Source: a virus
Lineage: Duplodnaviria; Caudoviricetes
IMG/VR virus record: IMGVR_UViG_3300043548_000080
Coordinates: 1-61,523 of that record
Length of the DNA stretch: 61,523 bases
Reading direction: 5' to 3' (one strand)
Shown here in pieces: positions 8,857 to 17,296 of the stretch. Position numbers and translations under genes: made by a program. The notes under the pieces are model-generated. The model was not told the origin of the DNA. It saw only the letters and a list, made by a program, of their open reading frames with translations, and did not search any database. The first letter of the stretch is position 1. Each line of letters opens with the position of its first letter.

Positions 8857-11800
8857 ATGGCGACATCCTTTGATTTTCTTAAAGCAGAAGAAGAGCTTCA
8901 ACAGCAAAAGCCTGCCTTTGATTTTCTGGAAGCAGAGAAGAGTATGCAGGCTCCTGTTCCTGCAGCACAGCCTGCACAGCCTCAACAGACTTCCTTTGAC
9001 TTCATTGCAGCAGAGAAGCAGCTAGAGAAGCCTTTTGTTCCACCAGGAAAACCAGCAGTAATTGATGTTACACAGGGTCTAGCTCCTCGTCCTGCAAGGA
9101 CTGCTGCTGAAATAACAGAGCCTGTCATCGACTACAGCGCTGCTGCTACGGAGATGATGTCTCCTGCTCCTTCAGCACCCCGCTATACCATTGAAGACAT
9201 CGTCCAGAACAAGGACGAATTCAACATTGTCCAGCGATTCATGAAGGAGCGTTATCCAAACAAGGCTTTGCCAGAAGACCCGTTGAAGCTAGTGGCTGAG
9301 TTTAAGCGCTCCCAAGCCAAGACAGACTTTGGTCTAGCCAATGAACTAACTTGGGCATTGAATGCTACACCTGAGCAGAAAGAAATTGCTAGACAAGCCT
9401 ATGGGCTTTCGGACAAGATTGGTGGGGCTGGTCTTGGGCCAGAAATTCTAGCCACGCTGCAGAGCCCTTCCACCTACGTTGGTGGCATTGCAGGATGGGC
9501 CGTTAGACAAGCTGCTACACGGGCTGTGAAGTCTGGCCTGAAGACAGCCCTGACAACAGCAGCCGTCACTGGTGGTGTTGAGGGTGCTGCTGCAGGCGCC
9601 ACAGATGTCATTTCTCAGACTACTAAAAAAGAACTTGGTCTTCAGGAAGAAGTCGATTATGCACAGACAGCCCTCACTGTGGGTCTTAGTACAGCTTTAG
9701 GTGCTGTCGGTGGTGTTGGTGTTGGCGCTGCTCCAATTCTCACAACACAGCAACGTATTTCTTCGTTGATTCAACGTAGAGGACAATCTGCAGGGACTAT
9801 CGACAAACCCACGGCTGACTTCCTTGCTCAATTCAGAACAAAGGAAAAGGCTGCAGGAGAGAACAGAAAAGCCATATTCGCTGATAGCATTGCTAGAAGA
9901 GAAGCCAGAGAAGTGTCACTGGATAAGATGGATGAGCCTGGGCTGGTAACAGAAGCTGTCCTGAGTGAGGACATTGTTGAAGACATCTTTAAGGTGGCTA
10001 AACAACTCTATACAGACTATCCACAGCTTCGTCCAAATCTGCAAGAAGTGAGAATTACACAAGCTGTTGCAGACACACTGTCTGAAGCTGATCCAGATAT
10101 GCTTCAACAAGCCATCAAACGGGCTGGTGTTGATGAACAGCAGTTCTTTGAAGCATTCAGAGTGACATTGTCTCAGGCTGGTGCAACTCTTAGCGAAGCA
10201 TCAAAGTTGTCTCGTTTCTTGAAGGGCGCTGTTGCTGGTGATCCTAAGCTGGAGGAGGCTCTCCAGAAGATGTCCAAGGCTTCTGAAGGAACTACATACT
10301 GGTCTGGTTTGGAAGCGACTGCTGCAGGTGCTAGAGTGTCTGTTGCTGCCTCCACCGCAGGCTTTTCCACTGCTGTGATGAACGCCATCGGTCTTATGGG
10401 GTCGGTGCCGTTGAAGGTGGCCTCTGACACCATTGATGCTGTCTATTCAACAACAGGAAGACTCATTAACGATATGCGCGGTGGTAATGTTCCAATCAAC
10501 GCGGCAAGAGTAAGAGAGGATATTTCTGAAGCCTTTGCTGACAGCACATACATCCTTGTAAAAATGGCTGATGGTGGCTATAGCGCTGAGCTATCTGATT
10601 TGATGCTCAAAGATCAGCCTCGTTTGAACAGGCTCATCAGCGCCATTGGTGGTGAAGCTGTAGACACAGATGGGATGCCTTCTAAGATAGATAAGCTGAT
10701 GTCCACCATTAACGTCTTCAACAGAGCCGTTGACAGTGTTGTACGTCGTCCTGTGTTTGTCCAGGCTGTGAAGGAGCGTATGCAGGCTATTGGTCTAGAC
10801 TTTGAAGACTATGTAGCCAACAGTAAGCCAATTCCTGTTGCTGTTCTGCGTGGTGCTGTGGATGACGCTAACAAGCTGACATTCTCGTATAGCTTTAAAC
10901 CAACAAGCGAAAAGAGCGTTGAGGGCTATGCTGAAAACTTAGCTCATAGTGTTCTTTCTCTGGTGAATAAGAACCCTGTTGGTACTATTGTAGGAACAGC
11001 CGTTAATCCCTTCCTTCGTTTCAGTCTCAACGCTATCCGTTACACCTATCGGATGACTCCTGGGTCTGCTCTTGGAGGAGCTAAAGAACTTCTGACCGCA
11101 CAGAAGATGCTTGATGCAGGGAAGATTGAAGAAGCTGCTGGTCTTGTCTATGAAGGTAAGAAGAAAATTATCGACTCCATCGTCGGTACAGCAGCCATTG
11201 CTGGCGGTATTGCCTACAGACAAGAGAACTCGGACATTGAGTTTTGGCAATATAGAGACGAAGACGGTAATGTCGAAGATGGCAGTGGTTTGTTCCCGTT
11301 TGTCAATGTGTCTGCTATGGCTGAGGCTTCATTGTTCCTAAAAGACCTGCCTCAGACTCTGTATTACACGCTGACAATGTCTCCAGAAGAAAGAGCAAAG
11401 GAAGCTGCTGACATCCGTAAGCGGGCTGAAAGTGTAGCTCTGAATGAAAAAGGAAGACAAAACCTTCTCCTCCAAGCAGAACGTCTTGAACTAGACCGTG
11501 TTCGTAAATTCGATGGAAAGAAGTTTGTTGAGCTTATGACTGGTCTTGGTAGACAGTCAGCGGCTCAAAACACAGTGTTTGATCAGGCTGCTCGCATATT
11601 TGAAGGAGGCATCACAGAAGGTCTTCAGAGAAAAGCAGGCACAGCCGCTGGTGACTTCCTTGGACGATTCGATAACTTCTTCAACCCTATCTATGACATC
11701 GCCAACTTCATCATGGAAGACTACAAGGTTGTAGACACCCGTGCTCCTACAGCGCTGGAGCAGGATGTTGGTCCCTTTGCTGATGCCTTACTGGGGCCTC

Positions 11801-12396
11801 TTATGGGGCCTGTGCCGGGTCTTCGTGGACAACTGCAGGAGAAGCCTTCTCTGTTTCAATCAGAGCCTCAGCAGGTTCCTACAGCGATTAGGCAGGTACA
11901 AGGGCTTAGACCTACACCACCTACATCACGCATTGAAAACGAACTGGCTAGGCTGCGTCTTGAACCATTCTCTGTGTTCAAAACCACTGGAGACAAGACA
12001 CTAGACAATTTCACCATTCGTCTTGCCCAGGCTCCTTTCCAAGCGGCGGTGGAACAACTCATCTTCAAAGACCCTATGTACAAGTCGATGTCCATCAATG
12101 GTCAGAGAAACGCTATCAAAGAGCGGATGAATATGGTGTTGAATGATGTCAAGAAGACAGCTAGAGAAGTGTATCTGCAGACACAGCCTGAAGAAGCTAT
12201 TCAACTTATGTATTATGGGTTGTCCAGAGAAAAGAAGGAAGCTGCTGAAGACCAGTTCATGAAAACATTCAAGCGTCGTCCTACAACATTGGAGGACAAG
12301 CTTAGAGTGATTCAGGGAGACTTTGACATCTCTGGAGATGTTGGGAGAAATCCTTTAACAGCAGAACAAATGAGGCGACTAGGACTAGGACGCTAA
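8857..12396 (+). CDS. Large internal virion protein (position analogous to T7 gp16)
   Basis: 1179 aa, Gly/Ala-rich putative membrane segments, last gene of the late arm. Confidence 0.6.
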   Translation: MATSFDFLKAEEELQQQKPAFDFLEAEKSMQAPVPAAQPAQPQQTSFDFIAAEKQLEKPFVPPGKPAVIDVTQGLAPRPARTAAEITEPVIDYSAAATEMMSPAPSAPRYTIEDIVQNKDEFNIVQRFMKERYPNKALPEDPLKLVAEFKRSQAKTDFGLANELTWALNATPEQKEIARQAYGLSDKIGGAGLGPEILATLQSPSTYVGGIAGWAVRQAATRAVKSGLKTALTTAAVTGGVEGAAAGATDVISQTTKKELGLQEEVDYAQTALTVGLSTALGAVGGVGVGAAPILTTQQRISSLIQRRGQSAGTIDKPTADFLAQFRTKEKAAGENRKAIFADSIARREAREVSLDKMDEPGLVTEAVLSEDIVEDIFKVAKQLYTDYPQLRPNLQEVRITQAVADTLSEADPDMLQQAIKRAGVDEQQFFEAFRVTLSQAGATLSEASKLSRFLKGAVAGDPKLEEALQKMSKASEGTTYWSGLEATAAGARVSVAASTAGFSTAVMNAIGLMGSVPLKVASDTIDAVYSTTGRLINDMRGGNVPINAARVREDISEAFADSTYILVKMADGGYSAELSDLMLKDQPRLNRLISAIGGEAVDTDGMPSKIDKLMSTINVFNRAVDSVVRRPVFVQAVKERMQAIGLDFEDYVANSKPIPVAVLRGAVDDANKLTFSYSFKPTSEKSVEGYAENLAHSVLSLVNKNPVGTIVGTAVNPFLRFSLNAIRYTYRMTPGSALGGAKELLTAQKMLDAGKIEEAAGLVYEGKKKIIDSIVGTAAIAGGIAYRQENSDIEFWQYRDEDGNVEDGSGLFPFVNVSAMAEASLFLKDLPQTLYYTLTMSPEERAKEAADIRKRAESVALNEKGRQNLLLQAERLELDRVRKFDGKKFVELMTGLGRQSAAQNTVFDQAARIFEGGITEGLQRKAGTAAGDFLGRFDNFFNPIYDIANFIMEDYKVVDTRAPTALEQDVGPFADALLGPLMGPVPGLRGQLQEKPSLFQSEPQQVPTAIRQVQGLRPTPPTSRIENELARLRLEPFSVFKTTGDKTLDNFTIRLAQAPFQAAVEQLIFKDPMYKSMSINGQRNAIKERMNMVLNDVKKTAREVYLQTQPEEAIQLMYYGLSREKKEAAEDQFMKTFKRRPTTLEDKLRVIQGDFDISGDVGRNPLTAEQMRRLGLGR

Positions 12397-12397
12397 C

Positions 12398-12425
12398 AAA
12401 AAGAAGGCCCCTTACGGGGCCTTTG
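12398..12425. terminator. Bidirectional intrinsic terminator where the two genome arms converge
   Basis: AAGGCCCC-TTAC-GGGGCCTT hairpin with A-run upstream and T-run downstream. Confidence 0.85.
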
Positions 12426-12749
12426 TCATTTCCAATCGTCGTCTCTGAATAATCTGTTATGGATATCCATGTAGCCTGCCTCCAGAGCTAAGGCATAGCT
12501 GCTTTCGTCAAATCCAAAGGTGTTGTACAGAACATAACGATAGGTTCCCTTGTCTTGAAACTCAGCCTTGTGGATGCGTCGAACAACACAGCAAAACACA
12601 TCTAGTTGTTGGCTTTTGGTGAGGCTGTTCCAGTATTTCTCTTGCTCAGCTTTAATCTCCTGCATAGCTTTTTCGTATTCCTGGGACATTTCTGCAAGTG
12701 CATCTAGGGCTTTGGTTCGTTCAATGATGTCAAAAACTGTCTGCTCCAT
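12426..12749 (-). CDS. Hypothetical protein
   Basis: 107-aa ORF with AGGA RBS. Confidence 0.65.
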   Translation of the reverse strand: MEQTVFDIIERTKALDALAEMSQEYEKAMQEIKAEQEKYWNSLTKSQQLDVFCCVVRRIHKAEFQDKGTYRYVLYNTFGFDESSYALALEAGYMDIHNRLFRDDDWK

Positions 12750-12811
12750 GATTTTTCCTATTGTTCCAGAATGTTTTCTATAGAAACCGTTTGTTCCATG
12801 CTATTTCTTAT

Positions 12812-12898
12812 TGGTGCGGCAGACCAGAGTCGAACTGGTACGACAATGTTGTCGAGGGATTTTAAGTCCCTTGCGTCTACCGATTTCGCCACTACCGC
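12812..12898 (-). tRNA. tRNA-Leu(TAA)
   Basis: GCGGTAG acceptor, GGGAC-TTAAAA-TCCC anticodon arm, long variable arm, GTTCGACTC T-loop, encoded CCA. Confidence 0.93.
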
Positions 12899-12903
12899 AT
12901 GTG

Positions 12904-12979
12904 TGGTGCCCTGTGTAGGAATCGAACCTACTATCTCCGGGTTACAAATCCGATGCATCGCCAGCAATGCTTACAGGGC
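12904..12979 (-). tRNA. tRNA-Thr(TGT)
   Basis: GCCCTGT/ACAGGGC acceptor, loop TTTGTAA, GGTTCGATTCC T-arm, encoded CCA; one anticodon-stem mismatch. Confidence 0.88.
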
Positions 12980-12981
12980 TT

Positions 12982-13059
12982 TGGTACGTCTGGCAGGACT
13001 TGAACCTAGCAACCTGCCGCTTAGAAGGCGGCTGCTCTATCCTATTGAGCTACAGACGT
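12982..13059 (-). tRNA. tRNA-Arg(TCT)
   Basis: ACGTCTG/CAGACGT acceptor, GCCGC-CTTCTAA-GCGGC anticodon arm, encoded CCA; apparent bulge in T-stem. Confidence 0.88.
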
Positions 13060-13362
13060 ATATTCCTCAGTGACATCCTTCCATGTCTCAATATTGTTGA
13101 GAGCAGCCCAATCTTCCCACAACGCAAGACTGCGTCCAATGAGACCAGCAGGTTCTCCAATGAGTGTATACACTCTACCGCTCCTGGTAGTGCCTGTCAT
13201 GGTAGTCATGTCAAACTTTAGCATGAACGTGCTAACTCTTACCATTCCAATCAAATCAGTCTGGTCAACTCCACAGAAGTGTCTACCGTCGTCTGCTTCA
13301 ACAACAGCCCAATGGGTGAGCTTGATGTTGTTTACGTCTTTACTTACCGGAGTGATCCACAT
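13042..13362 (-). CDS. Hypothetical protein
   Basis: 106 aa with GTTRSGRVYTLIG motif; AAGGAAG RBS. Confidence 0.65.
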   Translation of the reverse strand: MWITPVSKDVNNIKLTHWAVVEADDGRHFCGVDQTDLIGMVRVSTFMLKFDMTTMTGTTRSGRVYTLIGEPAGLIGRSLALWEDWAALNNIETWKDVTEEYTSVAQ

Positions 13363-13522
13363 GGTTCTTCCTTTTGAGTGAGTCTAGGTTATCAAAATAG
13401 GCTCGGTCAAAACCACGCTGCCATTCTTTGCCTTTGCTGGTGGTGTAGTTGTACTTGTTCTCAGTCCAGCCTCGGCTGAAGGCATAGTAGCCTTCTTTGT
13501 AAGCGAATGAGTTATTGGTCAT
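13340..13522 (-). CDS. Hypothetical small protein
   Basis: 60 aa, AYKEGYYAF..EWQRGF; coupled to neighbours. Confidence 0.55.
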   Translation of the reverse strand: MTNNSFAYKEGYYAFSRGWTENKYNYTTSKGKEWQRGFDRAYFDNLDSLKRKNHVDHSGK

Positions 13523-13778
13523 CCTTCTTCTCCTCTACCTTCTCGTTGAAGGGTGTCTTGTGGAAGCCGCTAAAATTGTTCATCTCTTGAATCGGTACAA
13601 ACTCACCGATGTAGATGTTCATCAAAGGGAGTCTGATGATGTGCCCAATGTAGCAAAGGATGGTTTCTCCGTCAAGCTCTTTGCCGTTTTCATCGTAGGC
13701 ACCAACACGAACACACATATGTTCGTTGAACTCGAAGTCGATGCCAAAGCCATGTCGAAATTCAATTTGAATGCTCAT
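13512..13778 (-). CDS. Hypothetical protein
   Basis: 88-aa ORF coupled to phoH stop. Confidence 0.55.
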   Translation of the reverse strand: MSIQIEFRHGFGIDFEFNEHMCVRVGAYDENGKELDGETILCYIGHIIRLPLMNIYIGEFVPIQEMNNFSGFHKTPFNEKVEEKKDDQ

Positions 13779-14527
13779 TTCTGTTCTCCGTCCTCATACT
13801 TGGTCTTGGCAATGATGTAGTCTTTGACCAAGCTACTCCTGACAATGTCGTTCACACCAAACTCGAACTTGCTGAATTGAGTCATGCTGTCAGCAATGGA
13901 CATGAACTTAGGTAGTCCTGTCCTGTCATCCTTCTTCCGTAGGTCAGTCTGACGAATGTCTCCACAGAAGATGATTTTACTGTTGCTACCGACACGGGTA
14001 ATGATGGTGTCTAGTTCTTCAAAGTTCATATTCTGGAATTCATCAACAAGGATGATGGAGTTCCAGAACGTGGTGCCTCGGATGAACGACGTAGACAAGA
14101 ATTCTATGTGTCCTTGCTCACAAAGTCTATCCCAAGCATCCTTCCTGTTGAAGAAGTCTGTTGTAATTTGACGATAGGGCTGGATGTACACCTCCATCTT
14201 GTCTTCAACATTGCCTGGAAGATGTCCCATGTCTCTGCCTTGAACAGCAGAGCGAATGATGACAACCCGGTCAAACGATGAAGACTTGTCCAGCACCTCT
14301 TCCAAGGCCCTATAGAGGGCTATGTAGCTCTTACCTGTACCAGCAACACCATGCAGACACATGAAGTAGTGACCAGCCTTGTAGGCGTCAAAGAAAGCCT
14401 TCTGCATGGCTGTCTTAGGCTGGACGGTGCCCATGTCGTCCAGCTTTATCTTGAGCGATCTTGTCGTAGTTTGGCTAGGGGTTTCTGTAGCACCTTCAAA
14501 CAACGCTGCCTTTCTCTTCGTAACCAT
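13775..14527 (-). CDS. phoH: PhoH-family ATPase
   Basis: GVAGTGKS Walker A, GHLPG, FIRGTTF, ILVDEFQN, GDIRQTD, DIVRSSLV. Confidence 0.92.
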   Translation of the reverse strand: MVTKRKAALFEGATETPSQTTTRSLKIKLDDMGTVQPKTAMQKAFFDAYKAGHYFMCLHGVAGTGKSYIALYRALEEVLDKSSSFDRVVIIRSAVQGRDMGHLPGNVEDKMEVYIQPYRQITTDFFNRKDAWDRLCEQGHIEFLSTSFIRGTTFWNSIILVDEFQNMNFEELDTIITRVGSNSKIIFCGDIRQTDLRKKDDRTGLPKFMSIADSMTQFSKFEFGVNDIVRSSLVKDYIIAKTKYEDGEQK

Positions 14528-14542
14528 AGCTCTCCTCATGGA

Positions 14543-14571
14543 AAAGAAGGAGCCATTGTAGCTCCTTCTTT
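14543..14571 (-). terminator. Intrinsic terminator after nrdJ
   Basis: AAGAAGGAGC-N7-GCTCCTTCTT hairpin ending in T-run on minus strand. Confidence 0.65.
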
Positions 14572-14580
14572 GTTTCAGTT

Positions 14581-15465
14581 TTAAGGCATTTCACATACAC
14601 CAGCAGTGCAGGCTAGCATTTGTGCTCCTTCGACATTATCGGTGTTTTCGATGAATGTTTCCCAGGCAATGTCCTTAGGAATCTGATGTACAAGCTTGTT
14701 ATATGTATCAGCATCAATTTCCTCATAAGGAGCTTGACGGTAGGTTCCTCCATCGTGTGGGAGGAAACTAACACCAGTGATTTCATCAAAGTGTTTCCAC
14801 ACCCAAGCACCAACCTCAGGCCACTCCTCTTCCTTGACGGAGATGGTGACAGAAGGCTTGTGCTCACACCAATGGCGTTGATAGATGAGCCACAGACGTA
14901 GATGCTGAATAGCCGTCATGTCGTCACGAACAACAGCATCATCTGCACACTTCATCGGGAAGCTGAAGACAGTGGTGCTGTCAGGCTTCATTACACAAGG
15001 TTCAGCATGAAAGCCACTGTTCTTCAGAAAAGCCGTCAGAGGGTCTTTGTTGTCGCTGCGGACACGCCGAATGTAGTGGCGCGAATGCTGCGGATGAATT
15101 CCACTGGCTGTGCCTGCAAGCTGAGACGCTGTACCTTCTGGCTTGACACAAGTGACAGCAGCAGACTGAGGGATGCCAATGGCTTCAGCAAGTTCTTTGT
15201 TGGTTTGCACAGCAATGCTGCGGAACTTCTCAAGAAGCGCAGGCAAAGACTCATCGTCAGGATTGTTGAGTAGAGCATTGTCGAGAATACCCGTCATTGA
15301 AACACCCAAGAGACGCTCTTCCTCGGTGTTGGTTTGCCATACCTTACGCAGGTAAGGGAAGTGTGTCATCGTCGATTGAAAAGTTCCCAAAATTGTTGCC
15401 AGAGCAACTTTCTCAGCCAGTCGTTCAACGGTGTCGTCGCTACGAACAACAACAGTGGAAAGATT
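14581..15465 (-). CDS. nrdJ: Class II (adenosylcobalamin-dependent) ribonucleotide reductase, exon 2
   Basis: Begins NLSTVVV; ERLLGVSMTG, TCVKPEGTASQL, CEHKPSVT, C-terminal LACTAGVCE. Confidence 0.9.
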   Translation of the reverse strand, partial: NLSTVVVRSDDTVERLAEKVALATILGTFQSTMTHFPYLRKVWQTNTEEERLLGVSMTGILDNALLNNPDDESLPALLEKFRSIAVQTNKELAEAIGIPQSAAVTCVKPEGTASQLAGTASGIHPQHSRHYIRRVRSDNKDPLTAFLKNSGFHAEPCVMKPDSTTVFSFPMKCADDAVVRDDMTAIQHLRLWLIYQRHWCEHKPSVTISVKEEEWPEVGAWVWKHFDEITGVSFLPHDGGTYRQAPYEEIDADTYNKLVHQIPKDIAWETFIENTDNVEGAQMLACTAGVCEMP

Positions 15466-15487
15466 CAGATGCATTCGCTGTGGGTCG

Positions 15488-15955
15488 TTAATCCACAACA
15501 GGGAATGTAGAGTTGATCCACAGAGAGAAAGATTGCAATTGTTCAATTGTCGCATCGCTTTTCATCTTGTTGGCTAGTTGAGAGATAACTTGTACGTTTC
15601 CCTTTACATAGCCTTTTGTGTTGTCAATCCGGTCAAGAGAAGGAGAATAGTTATTAGGTCCGTGACCTTTTCCATAACTGTGGTTGTTAATCTTCAAAGG
15701 CAGTCCAAGAATTGGACAAGTCTCTGGGATAACAATGTCTTCTACTTCTATGTTGAATGCCATTCCAGAAGCTGCTGCTCTTTGCTTTGCTCTGTTGTGC
15801 ATTCGCCATTCCGGCGACATTGACTTAACACGTTTGCAATTGCATTCCTTGCACAAGGTCATTCTGCTAGTTTTTTCAAAGACTACACCACAAGCTGTGC
15901 ACTCTCTGTGTGTTGTGCTAACAAAATATCCTTCTCTGTTTTTTACCAACTCCAT
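15488..15955 (-). CDS. Intron-encoded HNH-type homing endonuclease with N-terminal Zn-finger
   Basis: CxxC..CxxC; CPILG, SPSLDRIDNTKGYVKGNVQVISQLANKMK; AGGAGG RBS. Confidence 0.85.
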   Translation of the reverse strand: MELVKNREGYFVSTTHRECTACGVVFEKTSRMTLCKECNCKRVKSMSPEWRMHNRAKQRAAASGMAFNIEVEDIVIPETCPILGLPLKINNHSYGKGHGPNNYSPSLDRIDNTKGYVKGNVQVISQLANKMKSDATIEQLQSFSLWINSTFPVVD

Positions 15956-15984
15956 GACAAACCTCCTAGTTCTGTAATACTTCC

Positions 15985-16013
15985 GTTTTACAGTATTCAG
16001 ATCTGTTTGTCAA
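15985..16013 (-). promoter_or_regulatory. Sigma70-like promoter inside the intron, upstream of the HNH gene
   Basis: TTGACA-17 nt-TAAAAC. Confidence 0.6.
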
Positions 16014-16220
16014 CCCATCTGCATATTCCTATGCAGCTTAGACTATATCATCACCCTTTTCAGGGGCCGTGCGCTTCCATCCACTTGGATGTACTCTCTT
16101 TCGAGATAGTCGTTGCACCTTCCTAATTTCTTAGGCTTGGCTCAGGATTGCCCGGTCTGGGTTTCCCCTGAATTCACACGGTGTTCAACAAGGATTACTC
16201 CTTGAGGCTGCTATCTATTA

Positions 16221-17234
16221 ACAGAATTGATAAGGCCGTAGAATAATTTCGGAGCAAGGGTTCGTACCCCATTCTTGCTCGGCATCTCTCCTCCCATTCT
16301 TAGCTGCCTGAATTTTGCTTGCATATCGGCTGAAAATGCCTCGTTCACCAGAATGGCTGTCATAGATGGAACACCATTCACGCATGAACTTACCAACATC
16401 AGGACGGCTATCATACACAGCGCTGTTGTTTGCCAACGCCCGTTGACCATTCCCGTCCCACCAATTTCCTGCCTTGGCATGAGCCATACGATCATCACCA
16501 AGATTGGACAGAGAAATCATGGCGCTGCGACGAACACCACCAACAACCACCACTTCACCAATCTTGCACATGATGTCATGGCATTCCAGAGAAGTGAGTT
16601 TTCGACCAGTGGCACCCTTGAACTTCTGTGTCACATACTTGAACAGTTCTTCCAGAGGACCAGGACCGGAGGCACGCCCACCAAAGGTCTTCAAACGGGC
16701 TCCAGCAGGACGAACACCAGAGACATCCCACTTAGGCACTTCACCAGCGTACAGAAGCGCTACAAGCTGCCGTAGAGCCTTTGCCCAGCCTTCCTTGCTG
16801 TCCTTGACCACAATGGTGGTGGCGCTGTCAAACAGCCGCTCAGGTACATCAGGAAGCTTGTTGACGTATTGCTGCTCAACACTGAAGCCAACACCAGTGC
16901 CGCACAGCAAGATGTACATGGCTTCATCGAAAGCCTTGGGATCATCAATGGGCAGATAGGAGCAGTTGTAGCCTGCCACATTCTGACGCTCCAATGCCTC
17001 ACCAGCGGTCATGATGGAGCGCATGGAAGGCAACACTTCCCTGTCCGTCACAGCCTTCTGAAGCGCTGAACGAAGTTCAGGATTGAGATTGTAATTGTGC
17101 TTCTCTTTCAGGTGCTTTTGCATGAAATCGAAATAGCGATTGACCGTCTCAGGCCAATGCTCGCGTCGTCCTTCGTTGTCCAAGAAGCGGGCATACCGGC
17201 TCTTGGCAATGTATGTTTCATAAGGGGTCATCAT
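16221..17234 (-). CDS. nrdJ: Class II ribonucleotide reductase, exon 1
   Basis: GYNCSY, GTGVGFS, GGVRRSAMISLS, GTNPCSEIILRPYQFC. Confidence 0.92.
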
Positions 17235-17254
17235 TTCTTCCTTTACAGAAAACA

Positions 17255-17276
17255 AAGGCAGCATTGAAGCTGCCTT
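17255..17276 (-). terminator. Possible intrinsic terminator between methyltransferase and nrdJ
   Basis: AAGGCAGC-N6-GCTGCCTT followed by TGTTTT on minus strand. Confidence 0.5.
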
Positions 17277-17296
17277 AAATTGGGTCGATGGTTATA

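Larger units (their letters stand above)
15466..16220 (-). mobile_element. Group I self-splicing intron in nrdJ (755 nt) carrying an HNH homing endonuclease
   Basis: Exon ends in U with U-G wobble in P1 (CTGT|TA : TAGCAG); terminal G; core motifs AATCCTGAGCCAAG, GTGCAACGACTA and GATATAGTCT; removal restores PYQFC-NLS in frame. Confidence 0.92.

Noticed and set aside
12758-13221. ORFs 12758-12967, 12771-13073 and 12967-13221
   Set aside because: They overlap the three tRNA genes and lack protein-like features
14581-17264. nrdJ as a pseudogene, two-subunit enzyme or intein-containing gene
   Set aside because: The interruption has group I intron hallmarks and exact removal restores a continuous frame
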